Below, one piece after another: positions 40,031 to 52,438 of a DNA stretch of 64,000 nt. The stretch comes from Octopus sinensis (Eukaryota), in contig NC_043005.1 of the NCBI RefSeq assembly GCF_006345805.1, positions 32,364,001 to 32,428,000 on the forward strand, read 5' to 3'. A program made the translations under genes and the position numbers. Each line of letters begins with the position of its first letter. The first letter of the stretch is position 1. The notes under the pieces were generated by a model. The model was not told where the DNA came from, did not search any database, and saw only the letters and a program-made list of their open reading frames with translations.

Positions 40031-40409
40031 ATATGTATGTATTTATATATGTGTGTATATGTGTATATATATATATATTTATACATGTTTTTATAGACAT
40101 GTATGTATATATACATATGCATGTATATATATGTATGTACATATTTGTATATATATATATGTATTTATACACATGTATGTGTATATACACATGTATGTAT
40201 ATATACTCATGTATGTATATATATATATACATATGTTTATATATATACATATGTTTGTATATATGTGTATATATATGTATGTATGTATATATGTATATGT
40301 ATGTATGTGTATGTATATGTATGTATGTATATATATGTATATGTATGTGTATATATATATATGTATATATGTATATGTATGTATAGATATGTATGTATAG
40401 ATATGTATG

Positions 40410-40445
<36 letters not shown>

Positions 40446-40985
40446 TATAATATATATATATATATACATATATATAATCCATTCAACCCATGCTAGCATG
40501 GAGAACGGACGTTAAACGATGATGATGATGATGATATATATGTATATATACATATGTATGTATATATATATGTATATATACATATGTATCTATATATATA
40601 CTTATGTATATATATATGTATATATTCATATGTATCTATATATACATATGTATCTATATATATACATATGTATGTATATGTGCATATGTATGTATATATA
40701 CATGCGTATGTGTATATATATATATATGTATATATACATATGTATGTATGTATATATATATATGTATATATGCATTTGTATGAATATGTATATATATGTA
40801 TATGTGTGTATTTATATATATATATGTATGTACATAAGTATGTATATACATGTATGTATATATGTGTATGTATGTGTATATATATGTGTTTATATATGTG
40901 TCCATATATGTGTATATATATGTATATATATGTGTATATATGTGTGTGTTTATATATACGTGTGTATATATATATATATATATAT
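40031..40985. repeat. TA-rich microsatellite with RTE tail stub (40479-40533)
   Basis: Direct inspection. Confidence 0.9.
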
Positions 40986-41483
40986 GGTCGGGTCGTCGGC
41001 GACTAAACCGGCAACCCCACCAAGCTTGCTTGGTGAGGAGGGTCCTTATTGGACTCCCTGCGAGATGAAAAACAAAACCCATCAAAGGGCGGAGGAACTC
41101 TTGAGAGTCAATGGCCATGCAATAAATGTCTTAAGGCTGTATCATGTGCGAGGACATAGAAATAATCGGACTGAATATCCGATCGCGCGCTTAAACTATT
41201 GGGAGTGAAGGACTCCTAGCCTTTGTTAGGGCATCCTTCTAGGAGAAGGCAACTCAGGTAACTGTGATAACTCCAACATAAAACCTGCGGCTCTGTGGTT
41301 ACCAATGATGTTGACTTGTTCTTCTTTTCGGATTATGGCTGCTTTCGCTTAGTGAATGGTATTGACTTTGTGCACAGCCTTTCCTCACTTTAAAATAAAA
41401 TCTTATTGCACAGGAATTGCACGATAACAAAATTGACTAAGTTTCGTGCAATGGCCATACTCGATAACGAGTGGGCAGCCACC
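40986..41483 (+). other. Structured, CpG-rich non-coding element, probably an RTE-like 5' UTR
   Basis: About ten short inverted repeats; gggcatccttctaggagaaggcaactc resembles a motif recalled from RTE 5' UTRs; flanked by (TA)n. Confidence 0.5.
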
Positions 41484-41544
41484 ATATATATATATGTATG
41501 GATGTATGTGTATATATATAAATATGTGTGTGTGTGTATATATA

Positions 41545-41920
41545 CTCTTTACTCTTACTTGTTTCAGTCATTTGACTGTGGCCTTGCCTTTAGCCGGGGA
41601 AATCGACCCCAGGAATTACTCTAGTACTTAGTCTATCAGTCTCCTTTGCTGAACCGCTATGTTACAGGGTCGTAAATACACCAACATTGGTTGTGAAGCG
41701 ATGTTGGGGGGAGAAGCACAGACACACAAACATATACACACGCACATACATATATATATATGCACATATATTCGACAGGCTTCTTTCAGATTCTGTCTAC
41801 CAAATCCTCTCACAAGGCTATAGTAGAAGATACTTGTCCAAGGTGGCACACAGTGGGAGACTGAACCCAGAACCATGTGGTTCATAAGCAAGCTACTTAC
41901 CACAGATTCATTCCTACTCC
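41545..41920 (-). mobile_element. SINE family A, decayed
   Basis: Homologous to 27405-27812. Confidence 0.85.
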
Positions 41921-42033
41921 TATATGTATATATAGTTAATCCAAACATGAACAAAGAGAAAACACAACAACACGAGGACGTGGCAGTAGTATAGTGTTAT
42001 TGGATGCTCAGGAAAGGAAAGAAAGAAGGAAGA

Positions 42034-42067
42034 TTTAACGTTTTGAGCAGCGCTCTTCATCAGAAAC
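42034..42067 (-). ncRNA. Minimal type I hammerhead ribozyme motif (degenerate) in a Penelope-like terminal repeat relic (~41935-42120)
   Basis: Reverse complement ttt-CTGATGA-a-gagc-gct-gctc-AAAA-c-GTT-aaa; GAAA appears decayed to AAAA. Confidence 0.7.
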
Positions 42068-42137
42068 ATAGAAAAAGGGTCCAAGGAAGGCTAAAACGGG
42101 GAAAGAAAATCGCCAACGAACCGTCCAACCCATGCTA

Positions 42138-43318
42138 GCTGGAAAACTTGGAGTGTGGTTACATGACTTCCTGAAAGATAGGAGTCAGGCAGTAGTGGCT
42201 AATGGAGCCACCTCTATGAACACACAAATAGTGAGCGGTGTTCCACTGGGCACGGTCTTGGGACCACTGTTTTTTATAGTGGCGCTCTCAGATATGCCCT
42301 CAAATGCCCGGATAGTCACTTTGGCAAGCTATGCAGATGATACGAAAGTTTCACAGAAAATACAGAACCCCAGCGATGTTGCACACCTGCAGCAGGATTT
42401 AGTCTCAATTTACAGATGGGCTGAGGATAATAATATGCAGTTTAATGCTGAAAAATTCCAGACCCTGCGCTACCAGCATCCTAAACTGAATATTAAACCT
42501 ACAGCCTGTCCACAGGGAATTTCAATTCCAGAGCTGAAGTCAGTGAGGGACCTGGGTATCGACATGAGTGATGATACCTCTTTCCAAGTGCACATTACCA
42601 GGATGGCGACAAAGTACAGACGACTGGCTGGATGGATCCTAAGAACATTCAGAACCAGAGAAACCATGATGGTCCTCTGGCGGACATTCGACCTCAGCCG
42701 CCTGGATTACTGTTCACAGCTATGGTCACCCACCAGTGTAAAATTAACAGCGGACCTTGAAGCAATCCAGAGAAGATTCACAAAGAAGATCATCTCTTTG
42801 CAACAGCTCAGCTACTGGGAAAGGTTGAAATAGCTAAGACTCTACTCTCTGGAGAGAAAACGGGAGAGGTTTGCAGTAATATGTATGTGGAAGATCCTGG
42901 AAGGAATTGTGCCAAATTTTGGCATTGAAAGCTACACCAATGCCAGAACGGGACGACACTGCATGATGCCAAAGATCCCAGCAATGCCATCACGCTTCAG
43001 ACCAGTTACTGCAACAGCCTGGGTTTCAAGGGCCCACAGCTTTTTAATATTCTCCCAAAGAGTCTGAGGAACTTGCACAAAGTAGATGTAGGGGTTTTTA
43101 AATCAAAGCTGGACCTCTTCCTGTCGAGAGCCCCACATGAGCCTACCTCACGGCAAGAGGTGCAAATGAGGGTAGCTATATCAAACTCCATTCTTCATCA
43201 AGTGCCACATATTAGAGGAGGCTCCTAGTAATAACAGTGTTGCACAAAACGGCGGTGCATCAGCATGGCCACAGCTCTGAGCTGAAACTGTAAATAAATA
43301 AATAAATAAAAAATAAAT
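42138..43318 (+). mobile_element. CR1-group LINE, 3' part of ORF2 plus tail
   Basis: SGVPLGTVLGP, YADDTK, SRLDYCSQLWSP; ends ggcggtgcatcagcatggccacagctctgagctgaaac(taaa)n. Confidence 0.93.
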
Positions 43319-43370
43319 ATATATATATACATATATATATTTATATATATATACATATATATGTATACAT

Positions 43371-43405
<35 letters not shown>

Positions 43406-43593
43406 CATATATACATACATATACATATATACATATATACACATACATATATGTGTATACATATACATGTATACATATATATATATATGTATATATATAT
43501 ATACATATATACATATACATATATACATATACATGTCCACATACATATATATATATATATTTATACATATATATATATACATATATATATAAC

Positions 43594-43630
<37 letters not shown>

Positions 43631-43786
43631 ATACATATATATATATATATACATACATATATACATATATATATATATACATATATATATATACATATAT
43701 ATATATATGCATATATATATACACATATACATATACACATATACATATACATATATACATACATATACATATACACATATACACAT

Positions 43787-43827
<41 letters not shown>

Positions 43828-43909
43828 ATATACACATATACGTATACATATATATATGCGTATACATATATATATGTATACATATATATATATGTATGCA
43901 TATATATAC

Positions 43910-43984
<75 letters not shown>
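43319..43984. repeat. TA/TACA microsatellite
   Basis: Direct inspection. Confidence 0.95.
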
Positions 43985-43985
<1 letters not shown>

Positions 43986-44720
43986 CTCTCTATATATATA
44001 AACGGCAACATGTCTGTGTGTGTGTGGTGTGTGTGTGTGTGTATCCTCTATACAAATCCACAATTTTTCAGTTAGAGGGCTCGCACTTTCTATTGTCATT
44101 GAAAACCATCCAAGGGTGGTTGTGAAGATCTTTTTCATTTCCCAGTTACCCCTGAAAGCCATTAAAAAAATTGATAAACCAACCCCTTATGTTTCAGGTA
44201 ACAAAAGTCTTTAATACAGGGGACATAAGTCACTTAATCCAGCTGTTTAATCTAAAGATATTAAACCATAGCAAGGGAAATAACTCTTTAAATCTCTGCA
44301 TTTCCCTCCCTTTGTTATGTATCACACCTCAATACTGTACCAGACCAATTTATCCAATTTATGACTGGCACTGTCCTGGATTTCTGGATTTTTCAGTTTC
44401 CCAGAGAATTTGTAAACGTTTGTTTACAATCTCTGTATCTATAAATGGCAAAATGTCTGTTTTTTGATCGGACGGAGATAATTTTACACCTGACAGTTGG
44501 ATGCCCGTGCGCATTTGCAGACAGTCTGCGCATTTTTGTGTTTTGCGAAGACGCATTATCATGTACTTTCGCTTTCAAACGTGCAAGCTTTTTTGATTTG
44601 AGAAATGCAGGGAATAATTAACGAGTTAGACCAAGTTAATGACAAGAGAGAGGGATTTTCATGAATGACCAAATATGCTTGACTAGCACTAGACCCGACA
44701 ACGTTGGGTCATAGTGCTAG
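43985..44720 (+). mobile_element. Non-autonomous Helitron
   Basis: A|TC 5' end, CTAG|T 3' end, terminal hairpin 44682-44721, no TSD. Confidence 0.8.
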
Positions 44721-44808
44721 TATATATATACATATACATACATATATATATATATGTATATATCTATATATATATATACATACGTATATATATATATGTA
44801 TATATATA

Positions 44809-44849
<41 letters not shown>

Positions 44850-44859
44850 ATGTATATAT

Positions 44860-47800
44860 ATGTTTGAGGAGAACAAAACGAAAAAGGAAGATACCAAAGA
44901 AGGAAAAATGGCACACTGACTACTTCCAAAAGACAATATGTGGATGTAGTGCACGGTTCAAAAAGGATACTGCATGACCCAACAAATGGCCAGCTTCACC
45001 CAGATGTGAGAAGGGCAGCAGCTGAACAGCAATGTTTTTTGTGCATGGCACAAAAAAGTGTCCAGCAGCTGACCTGGCTACAAACACAAAGCTGGAACTA
45101 TACCTACCACTACACAAGGCCACCAATCACTGATGCAGGATGGCCACCACAAACACCAACACACATGTCACAAAAATATTTCTGCTAAACGTAGGAGGGC
45201 TGTTGCACGGCAACTGTAAAAGGAAGATCTCATTCCTGAGAGACCTTGTGGCATGCAATCAAGCTCTGTGCATGGCACTCACAGAAACACATCTTGGATC
45301 TGATATAGGGGATGCAGAAATAAACATACCGCAATATGTTGTCATACACTCAAATAAAGAAGAGAGGAGTCATGGTGGAGTTGCAGTGTACATCCGAGAT
45401 GACCTCACGCCCCCAGGTCCTGCTCTCATATTCAAACTCAGTGTGTGACACTCAAATTGAATATCAAAGACAACTGAATATCATCATATGTACTACATAT
45501 AAACTCACCGGATGCCCCAAATTACACAGGCATGTTTGAAGGATGCCTAACAAAAATGGAAGTTCTCACCAAACTGGAACAACACAACAGTGTATTCTTC
45601 ATGGGTGACTTTAACTTCCCCAATGTGAATGGCCTGGGGGGCAGATGCTCCCAGGGATGACACATCATCAGCAAACACAAGCAGAGTCCCTGCTCCACCT
45701 CACAAATGCCTCTTTCATAGAGCAAATTGTGCTGCAACCAACCAGATCAAATAATATACTGGATCTCTGCTTAACAAACAATATGGACATCATCCATAAT
45801 GTTAAAGTGATGCCGACATTGGTCTTGGATCACAACATAATAGAGCTGTCTATGTATGGACCAAAAGCCCCCGTAGATGCACAGCCTATACAAAGCATCC
45901 ACAATCTCTCCAAACTAAACTTTCATAAAACAAATTGGAAGTTGATTGAGAAATAGATCCTCAAACAGGATTGGCCTAAATGTCTTTCCACACCAGACAT
46001 TGGCATGAAACACAAACATTTCATGTCCATAATACAAGCCATATGTGACAAATATGTCTCAGTGTGCAGGGCCAGCACACACAAAAACAGGATCCCTAGG
46101 GAAAGGAAGATTCTTATGAGACAACAGACAAGGATTGCGAGCCGCCTGAGCAAGCACACCAATATCAGTTATCCAATATACTGCTGGTAAAGTACCCAAA
46201 TACTAAATACATAAATGCTTTCAATTGCAATGCAATTAATTCATTTATTGTATTAAATGGGTGAAGGTAAAAAATATTTTTACTGTAAATTCATATTACA
46301 AATAAGAAAATGGAGAAATTCATTTCGTTCATCAACTTATGGATATTACAATTTCACATTATTTATTGATTATACAAAAGGGAACATCAAAATCGAACAA
46401 AACCATATACATCAATATGTAATATAATACTAAAAATTATACAAATAAACTGCTCCTTACAGCTGTTTCAGCCTATGGTCAAGAGTCAATTCAATTTATA
46501 TTGCCTACAGATGTCAGTGTATTATGGTTTTTATGTATATATATATGATGGAGATGGAAAAAAGGCTGTAACAATCCTATGTGAGGGAGAAAGCAGACAA
46601 AGAAGCCTGGGTTATAAAAAACATTAAGTCAAACCCAAAGGACTTCTTTCATTATGCGAAAGAAACAGCCTCAGTACACTGCAAGATCCAAAAGGATGGT
46701 TCCCTCACAGACGGTCCAACTAAGATCAGTGAGATACTGAATGACCAGTTCAAAAGTGTCTTTACCATCCCGTAGGAGCACAGACAAGTGAACGAACCAG
46801 TGGACTTCTTTGCTGCCTCACCTATAACCAGCAAGGCAGTTACAATGGGATACATTGACATTAGCGAAGAAGATATACTACTAGCCTTAGATGAAGTGGA
46901 CACAAACTCAACTGCTGGTCCTGATGGTTTCCCAGCAATCCTCCTCAAATTGTGTAAGCATGCCCTGGCAAAACCCTTCTAGATTCTCTTCCAGAGCTTT
47001 CTTACAAATGGCAAACTGTCAAGCAAGCTGAAGGAGGGAATAATATGCCCAATACATTAAGTGGGAAGTAGAGCAGATGCCAAAAACTATAGGCCTATCT
47101 CTCTGACTTCACACATCAGCAAAGTCATAGAAAGGATAGTCAGAGGGAAACTAATTGCATTCCTTGAAGAAAATAACTTGCTGAGTGATACCCAGCATGG
47201 TTTTCAACCAGGTAGGAGCTGCCTGACCCAGCTCTTACAACATTATGACTGGGTGTTGAAGTAGTTACTCAACAAATCAAATGTGGATGTAATGTCCCTT
47301 GATTTTGCAAAAGCTTTTGACAAGGTAGATCATGGTATGATATGCCACAAACTGTGTGACCTTGGCATAGCTGGAAAACTTGGAGAGTGGTTACATGACT
47401 TTCTGAAAGATAGGAGTCAGCCAGTAGTGGCTACTGGAGCCACCTCTACGAACACACAAATAGTGAGCGGTGTTCCACAGGGGACTGTCTTGGGACTACT
47501 GCTTTTTATAGTGGCCCTCTCAAATATGCCCTCAAATGCCTGGATAACCACCCTTGCAAGCTATGCAGATGATATGAAAGTCTCGCAGAATTTTCAGAAC
47601 CCCAGTGATGTTGCACACCTGCAGCAGGAATTGGACTCAATTTACAGATGAGCTGAGGATAATAATATGCAGTTTAATGCTGAAAAATTCCAAGCCCTGC
47701 GCTACCAGCATCCAAAACTGAATATTAAACCTACAGGGTACACCGGTCCACAGGGAATTTCAATTCCAGAGCCTAAGTCAGTGAGGGACCTGGGTATCGA

Positions 47801-48140
47801 CATGAGTGATGATACCTCTTTTCAAGTGCACATTACCAGGATGGTGACAACGTGCAGACGACTGACTGGATGGATCCTAAGAACATTCAGAACCAGAGAA
47901 ACCATGATGGTCCTCTGGCGGATATTCGTCCTCAGCCGCCTGGATTACTGCTCACAGCTATGGTCACCCACCAGTGTAAAATTAACAGCGGACCTTGAAA
48001 CAATCCAGAGAAGATTCACAAAGAAGATCATCTCTTTGCAACAGCTCAGCTACTGGGAAAGGTTGAAACAGCTAAGACTCTACACCCTGGAGAGAAAACG
48101 GGAGAGGTATGCAGTAATATATATGTGGAAGATCCTGGAA
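44860..48140 (+). mobile_element. CR1-group LINE (ORF1 remnant plus decayed ORF2), 3' end missing, with an insertion at ~46161-46545
   Basis: ORF2 starts MATTNT at 45140; APE and RT motifs collinear with 33231-36290; 47368-48140 is closely similar to 42138-42902. Confidence 0.92.
46161..46545 (-). mobile_element. AT-rich insertion in the LINE, probably a Penelope-like terminal repeat relic
   Basis: Interrupts ORF2; contains hammerhead 3' half GAAACAGCTGTA (46455-46473, minus strand). Confidence 0.5.
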
Positions 48141-48744
48141 TTCTTCTTTTCCTCTGCTCTGTTACCAATCACTCCAGACGATGTTCAGTGTAGTGGATCT
48201 TTTGTTGATACTGACATAGAAGTGCGGTTCCTTGTACACTGTAAAACATGTATTTTTATTAGGAATTGTGATCAAGGAGGCCAATAGGAGGAAGAAAGAG
48301 CAATGATAGCAAAAAACCCAGAATGGATGGATGAAGTGAGTTAATGTATGGTTGTAGAGACAGAGTTATTAGAGTAAAAGCAGGAGAGGAATGATGTTCA
48401 GAAGTGGGTGATGGATAACAGTAGAAGTGGCCTAGAGAAGAGAGCGAGTCATGATTGACAGTACAGAAAGAGTGAAGTGAGAGTGTATTGGGTAAAGATA
48501 GTTCGGTGCAGTTTCTTATACATAACTTAGTGAAAGCTGAGGGTGATAGAACAATGAGGATGACAGTAGAAAGGACTTGAGGGATTGAATGCTGGTAGGC
48601 CATGTACCATTTGTTATGTGAACAGTACAAGTAATTGGGAGGTTAGTAGTAGAGATGTGGGTGCTAGGAAGGAAGGAGGGAGATGAGTAATATATAAAGA
48701 AGGAATCAAGGATGTAAATAGTGGCGTACATACACATGTGTATG

Positions 48745-48940
48745 TAGGCCTCTTTGTATTTGTTTCTAACTGCTTGACAAATGTTGTTGGTTTGTCCCCA
48801 TAACTTAGCAGTTTGACAGAAAGAAACTGACAGAACAAGTACCAGACTTCAAATGAGTACTATAGTTGATTTGATTGATTAAAGACTTTAAGGTGATGCA
48901 GTAGTGAGGCTTTTCACTGAAACAAGTAAAAGAATAAATA
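48745..48940 (+). mobile_element. Old SINE family A 3' half
   Basis: Decayed homology ending ctgaaacaagtaaaag. Confidence 0.7.
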
Positions 48941-50204
48941 TAAATTTATTTACTCTTGTTATCCCTCTGTAATTCATGACTTCTATGCTTTTACCGACAT
49001 TGCTGCATATTCCATACTAATCCAATTGTTGGTCTTTTATTTCAATTACCAAATGTTGTTAGTATATAGTAACACTAATGTAAAGCTGTAAGCAAACACT
49101 TTCTTCAGATTATAATTTTCTTATTAGTTAGGAAAAGAACAAAAGTAAATAAATTATATGCTGAATTATCTTCTCTTTATCTGCTTCTACATGTTGGTTT
49201 AGTTTTAGATGAAATAACTTCCTTTATTTGTTACTTCCTAAACGACTGTTTCACCCTCCCCTCTTCTCCCATCCTCTGTTTCCTCTTTTTAGTTTCATTT
49301 CACTGTTTTTTACTAATCTTACATCACTGGTTTGTTTAGTAGTGAATTTGGATCTGATTTGACATGACATAAATAATTAAAACCATCTGTAATTTTAAAC
49401 AATTCAACTGGAGCTTCAATATTTTAAAATTTTGTAGCATTCTTCATGTTTAAATCTTATTTTTACCTTTCCCCTTAGTTTTTGTTCTTTCTCAAATGTA
49501 ATCTTTTGCTTGTCAGTAAAATTTTTTACCTTTACTTCAAAATATGTCTATCCATCAGTTCCCTATCATTTAAGAAATGTTTTGGAAACATCTGCATTAT
49601 TTTGCGTGTGAGGTGTTAGTTTTTAGGTTATGCTCATCTGTTGGTAATGTGTAGTTTCTCTCTCTCTCTCTCTGCCCACCTCCTAAATGCCAGTTTAAGC
49701 TAAGCTGTAACATTTGATATTTGCTGTGAATGAAGAGAACTGCCATTGAGAGAGTGGCATTAGGAATTTTCTGTTAATCATAGTTGGAAGCAAGAAAGAA
49801 ACTTGATAATATTTGTTTAGTTGTGTATCTGTATGGTTCATTCCCTTTCTTCTTAATTCTGTTGACGTTGACTGCTGCAATTATTAGTCACCTCTCACCA
49901 CTGCTGTGCCTTTTGGCTGTTAAACTGCACACAGGGGTATAGGTTAGAGGTTTTTTCAGGTTTGGAAAGGGTCTCTTACAATTAGAAAAGATCCCTCCCA
50001 CTTAATTAAAAAGAAAATATTTGACACAACAAGCTGTTTTCAGTCATTTTCATGTTTCCAAATTTTTTTCATTTCCTCCTACTGAGTCTTATTGGAGCTA
50101 ATTCCATCTTATTATCCTTATTCTGCTCCCTCTTCTAATGGGGTTATGCAGTGCACTTTCTGTTTCAGATAGATGAAAAATAAAGTATTATTATACTAGG
50201 AGTG

Positions 50205-51200
50205 TATAAGATCAGTCCAAAAAGAAATCAAACTTTCTAAAAAGAAATTTAATGTTTTACTTAATCAAACTTGTCTCTTTCAAAATTGCCTCTATCCACT
50301 GTTCAGATGCCACACAATGTTTTTTTCTAGTTTTGAAACATGTTTCCAGAGGTAGTGCACATGAAATGATGACCTTGCAGCATGGGATTTCAGTACTGGG
50401 AGTTAAAACAGGCTGCAGGGCTCAAATTGTGAGAGTAGGGCAGCTGGGAGGTGGAAGTTAGCTTTACCAAAACATCAGGAATAAGGAGTGACATGTGATC
50501 AGGTGTAGTGTTGTGGCACATCACCCTGGTTTTGTCAATGAGAGCAGGTGTGATGTGGTGTAGTCTCTAGCTGTTTTTTTCCAAACCTCACATCGTTTCC
50601 TTTGCACTGCTTCTCTCAGGACATCCAAGAAAAATTCATAACTGATTATTTAACCACATGAAGCAAACACATGATAAAATCTGCCCCTTCAATCAAAAAA
50701 GAGGTTTTCATGTTTAAATGACTGTGCCATGCATGTTTTGCAGAAATGAGGATGCAGCCCACTCTGATGATTGCTTTTAGCTGTGACCCATACTTTATCT
50801 GGTTTGGTATTTTCAGAAACTTTTTATCAACATTCAAATAGTTGAGTAGTTCCAGTCTGACTGATTTGGTTCTCTTTTTTTTCCTATTAGTAGATGTGAT
50901 ACAAATTTTACTGCTGCAAAATGTACCTTCAGTTTCTCTTAAAAAAATTATGTGGTTTGAACTTTTATAGATGTCAACTTCTTAGGAAACTTTATGGACA
51001 GTCAGGTGACAATTTTCACAGATAACTACAAGTACTTCCACTATCGTGGAAGGCTATCCAGATTTGGGATTGTTTTGTTGAATGTTCTTCCCAATTTCAA
51101 ATGCTGGTACCATATACCACATTGTGTATAGCTCAGTCCTCCCAAAAGACTTGTAACATTAGAAATATTTCCATGGTTCTTTCTACTTCAAACATTTTCA
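50205..51200 (-). mobile_element. Highly decayed mariner-like transposon
   Basis: Mariner-like terminus near 50205 and weak minus-strand remnants (DKVWVT, QRKR, HITPA). Confidence 0.4.
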
Positions 51201-52380
51201 TACAGGCATGTTGCTCCTTCAAATTGCAAAGTGCATTAAACACATGCTCAGCTAAGCATCTATAGATAAAGCTATCATAAGTACTGCAGTCACAAGCACA
51301 TTGTGCCAGTTGGTTGGTGCACCATTTAAAAGTGGTCTCTTTTGTGACTTATTTGCTACATGTATATAATCATGATGATTATATCATTTTACATGTACTT
51401 TATCATACTTTCATGGGTTTGACATGTACTTTCCTGGTACTTCTTTACTCATCTGTTATTGTCCATACACATTGCATATCCTTACTAATACAATTTTCTC
51501 TCTTACTCACTACAACTGTTTTCTTCTCTTGTTTTATTTCTCAGCTCATATCTTATTCAGATACATTAACATAACATATCCAGCAGAACATGTTTGCATG
51601 TGTTGTTGTTGTTACTTCTGTCAACATATTGTATGTTCACTTCATGCTTTTAAGGACCTGTGAGATAAGAAAAGATGCAAACTAAACCATTGTATATATA
51701 ATCATATTATAATATGGCTTGTCATTGCGTTACTTAGCCCATTGGTAATTCTTTCACATGATTAGAGTAAAAGAGGGAGAAAGAAGCATCCATGACGTGA
51801 GGTAGAGGCAATGTAATTGTAGCACTTTCTCATGGTTAGTTGAAGGGAAAAAGAGGAGAAATAAAAAGAGGATAAGGGAAGAGTGAGTCAGAAAGAGGGA
51901 GAGACAAGCATCCATGATGTGAGATAGGGGGAATATAATATTTATTATGTGACTAAAAAAGTTAGTTGAAGGTAGAGGAGGAGAGTTAAAAATATAATTT
52001 TAGCAGAGGAGTGATGTTCTGATGGTGAGGTGAAGGAACAGCAGAGAGAGTGGGGTGGGAGACAAAGAGAGTGATGATGGTGGTGGTGATTGGATTGTGA
52101 ATAAGTGTATTTTTAAAAAATTGAACTAAGTTTTTTATATCACCTATCTCTTAACTCGTAAGTGCAATTCTGTGAAATATTCATGCTTATTTATGTGGCA
52201 GATATATGCAATTTAACTAAAGGTTGTATCATATGTATGGGATATTTTCTTTTTTGTTCATGGGAAAAATGGAAAAATAAGATTGAATATTTATTTTATG
52301 AATGCTGTATATTAAGTCTATAAAATTGTTCATAAAGTATATAAAGTAATCATCATATTCCAATTTCTTTCACTTTTCAG

Positions 52381-52438
52381 TGAGTAACAAATGAGTGACT
52401 ATCTATCCATACAGACAGGACACAGGCTACGCTTTCAG
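52381..52438 (+). other. Candidate exon with ATG (MSDYLSIQTGHRLRFQ)
   Basis: Good acceptor tttctttcacttttcag; weak donor CAG|gttttt; protein not recognised. Confidence 0.3.

Noticed and set aside
41001-41045. Twister ribozyme resemblance
   Set aside because: UAA and GAGGG are present, but the UCCCAAGC loop and the second pseudoknot GC are not in canonical positions.
27363-44977. Dozens of long Y/I/M/C/H-rich ORFs (up to 585 aa)
   Set aside because: Alternating purine-pyrimidine microsatellites cannot contain stop codons, so they are open in all frames.
52391-52438. Similarity of HRLRFQ to the MED31 N-terminus
   Set aside because: Only five residues match and no exon encoding ELEFVQCLANP was found downstream.
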